A stretch of 62,988 nucleotides of DNA, filler included, from Choristocarpus tenellus KU-1152 (Eukaryota > Protista > Phaeophyceae), in assembly GCA_964200185.2 (NCBI GenBank). It is 11 parts of 11 records of this genome, joined end to end, with 100 filler letters (N's around TTAATTAATTAA, not from the genome) between each part and the next. Parts side by side here need not be neighbours in the genome. Positions count along the whole stretch, not along the records: positions 58,830 to 62,988 come from CAXNAD020015923.1; 10 more parts are not named here. The stretch is one strand, 5' to 3'. The position numbers were made by a program, and so were the translations under genes. The notes under the pieces are model-generated. The model saw only the letters and a list, made by a program, of their open reading frames with translations. It was not told the DNA's origin and ran no database searches. Shown here one piece after another: positions 62,010 through 62,988 of this stretch. Position 1 is the stretch's first letter. Each line of letters starts with the position of its first letter.

Positions 62010-62269
62010 GAGTCAAAGTATCTTAGAGGGTACAGCCGCGTCCATTTGGGGGTAAAAATCCAATGTTGCGATTCTGATGTAATTTTGGCTATCGTGTTTG
62101 TTAAGAAGAGTCAATATCCATGTTCCGGACACACGTTTTCATAACACATACACTTTACCTGCTCCTAAACATTTTTGAGTAGGAAAGATGTCATACAAGA
62201 ACCCATGGGAAGTCAAGCCCCAGATGGACAAACAGGGCAAAACTCGTACCCTCTAAGACACTTTCACTC
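62010..62269. mobile_element. MITE family A, complete, reverse orientation
   Basis: gagtcaaagtatcttagagggtac...gtaccctctaagacactttcactc; AAT on both sides. Confidence 0.95.
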
Positions 62270-62808
62270 AATGCATTCTGTTCACCAACGTACCTTTCCC
62301 AGCATTGAAAGTTTACTATTGTTTAAAAGCCTCCCAGCAAGCGCCGATCATCTCTGAATCAGAGATTCGGGTACCGCTAACCCTAACCCTAACCCTAACC
62401 CACTACTTCGAAGTATGCATTACCAATATACCATTCACCAACTAGTACACACAGGCAATTATGATACAACAAGTGTCCTATTGCAGCATGTCCTTGACAC
62501 CACTACCACCTTTCCAATTTTTCTTAAAAACAAACTACCATTGGGCAGGTATGCAGCATTGATTTGGACACTAACCCTAACTAACCCTATGACTCACTCC
62601 CACTAACGAATGAGACTAAACCGGTTTCACCTTACATTACATTACATTACATTGCGGAGGAAGAAATCAGATTTGGTCGCTACAACCGGTTACAACCACC
62701 TCGCTCGAGTGACAACCTACAACCTGGGAAAGGCTGAGGACCTTCATTTAGAAACAGCGAAATCGATCAACACCTACATTTTAAATTCACATCCAGAGCC
62801 CTTCCAGT

Positions 62809-62842
<34 letters not shown>

Positions 62843-62988
62843 GTAAGGCCACAGAGCATCGGTCAGGGCATGTCCAATACTATCAAAAGAAGAAAAAAAG
62901 AAAAAAAAAGAAGAAAAAAAGAAGAGAGGGCGGAAACGACTAGACTACTGCAGAGCTGTTTCAAGGCGCACGAGCAAGCCCCCCCCCC

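Overview
This is eukaryotic genomic DNA, intron-rich, with TTAGGG-type repeats. It is most consistent with an ochrophyte/brown-alga-like stramenopile, which is an inference. The window is not one locus. It is 11 contigs joined by artificial 100-nt spacers (N44-TTAATTAATTAA-N44), so adjacency across a spacer means nothing. Reading splice sites by eye recovers these host genes: the 3' end of SDA1; the 5' part of an M20 metallopeptidase, head-to-head with the 5' part of a cytochrome-b5-fused front-end (delta-5-type) fatty acid desaturase; the 5' part of a DGAT2-family acyltransferase, head-to-head (228 bp between ATGs) with a complete 8-exon uncharacterised 2OG-Fe(II) dioxygenase-like gene; one DUS1 exon; and a few orphan exons. 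The rest is repeat-rich. It holds decayed Ty3/gypsy and Ty1/copia pieces, many fragments of a CRE-like non-LTR retrotransposon with a conserved 3' stem-loop, two MITE families that share terminal repeats, minisatellites, and about 20 short interstitial telomeric tracts. The least explained structure is a deeply diverged ~117-bp unit array (10 forward plus 5 inverted units meeting at a hairpin) downstream of SDA1. No CRISPR array, tRNA or rRNA was recognised. All family assignments come from remembered motifs, not from database searches.
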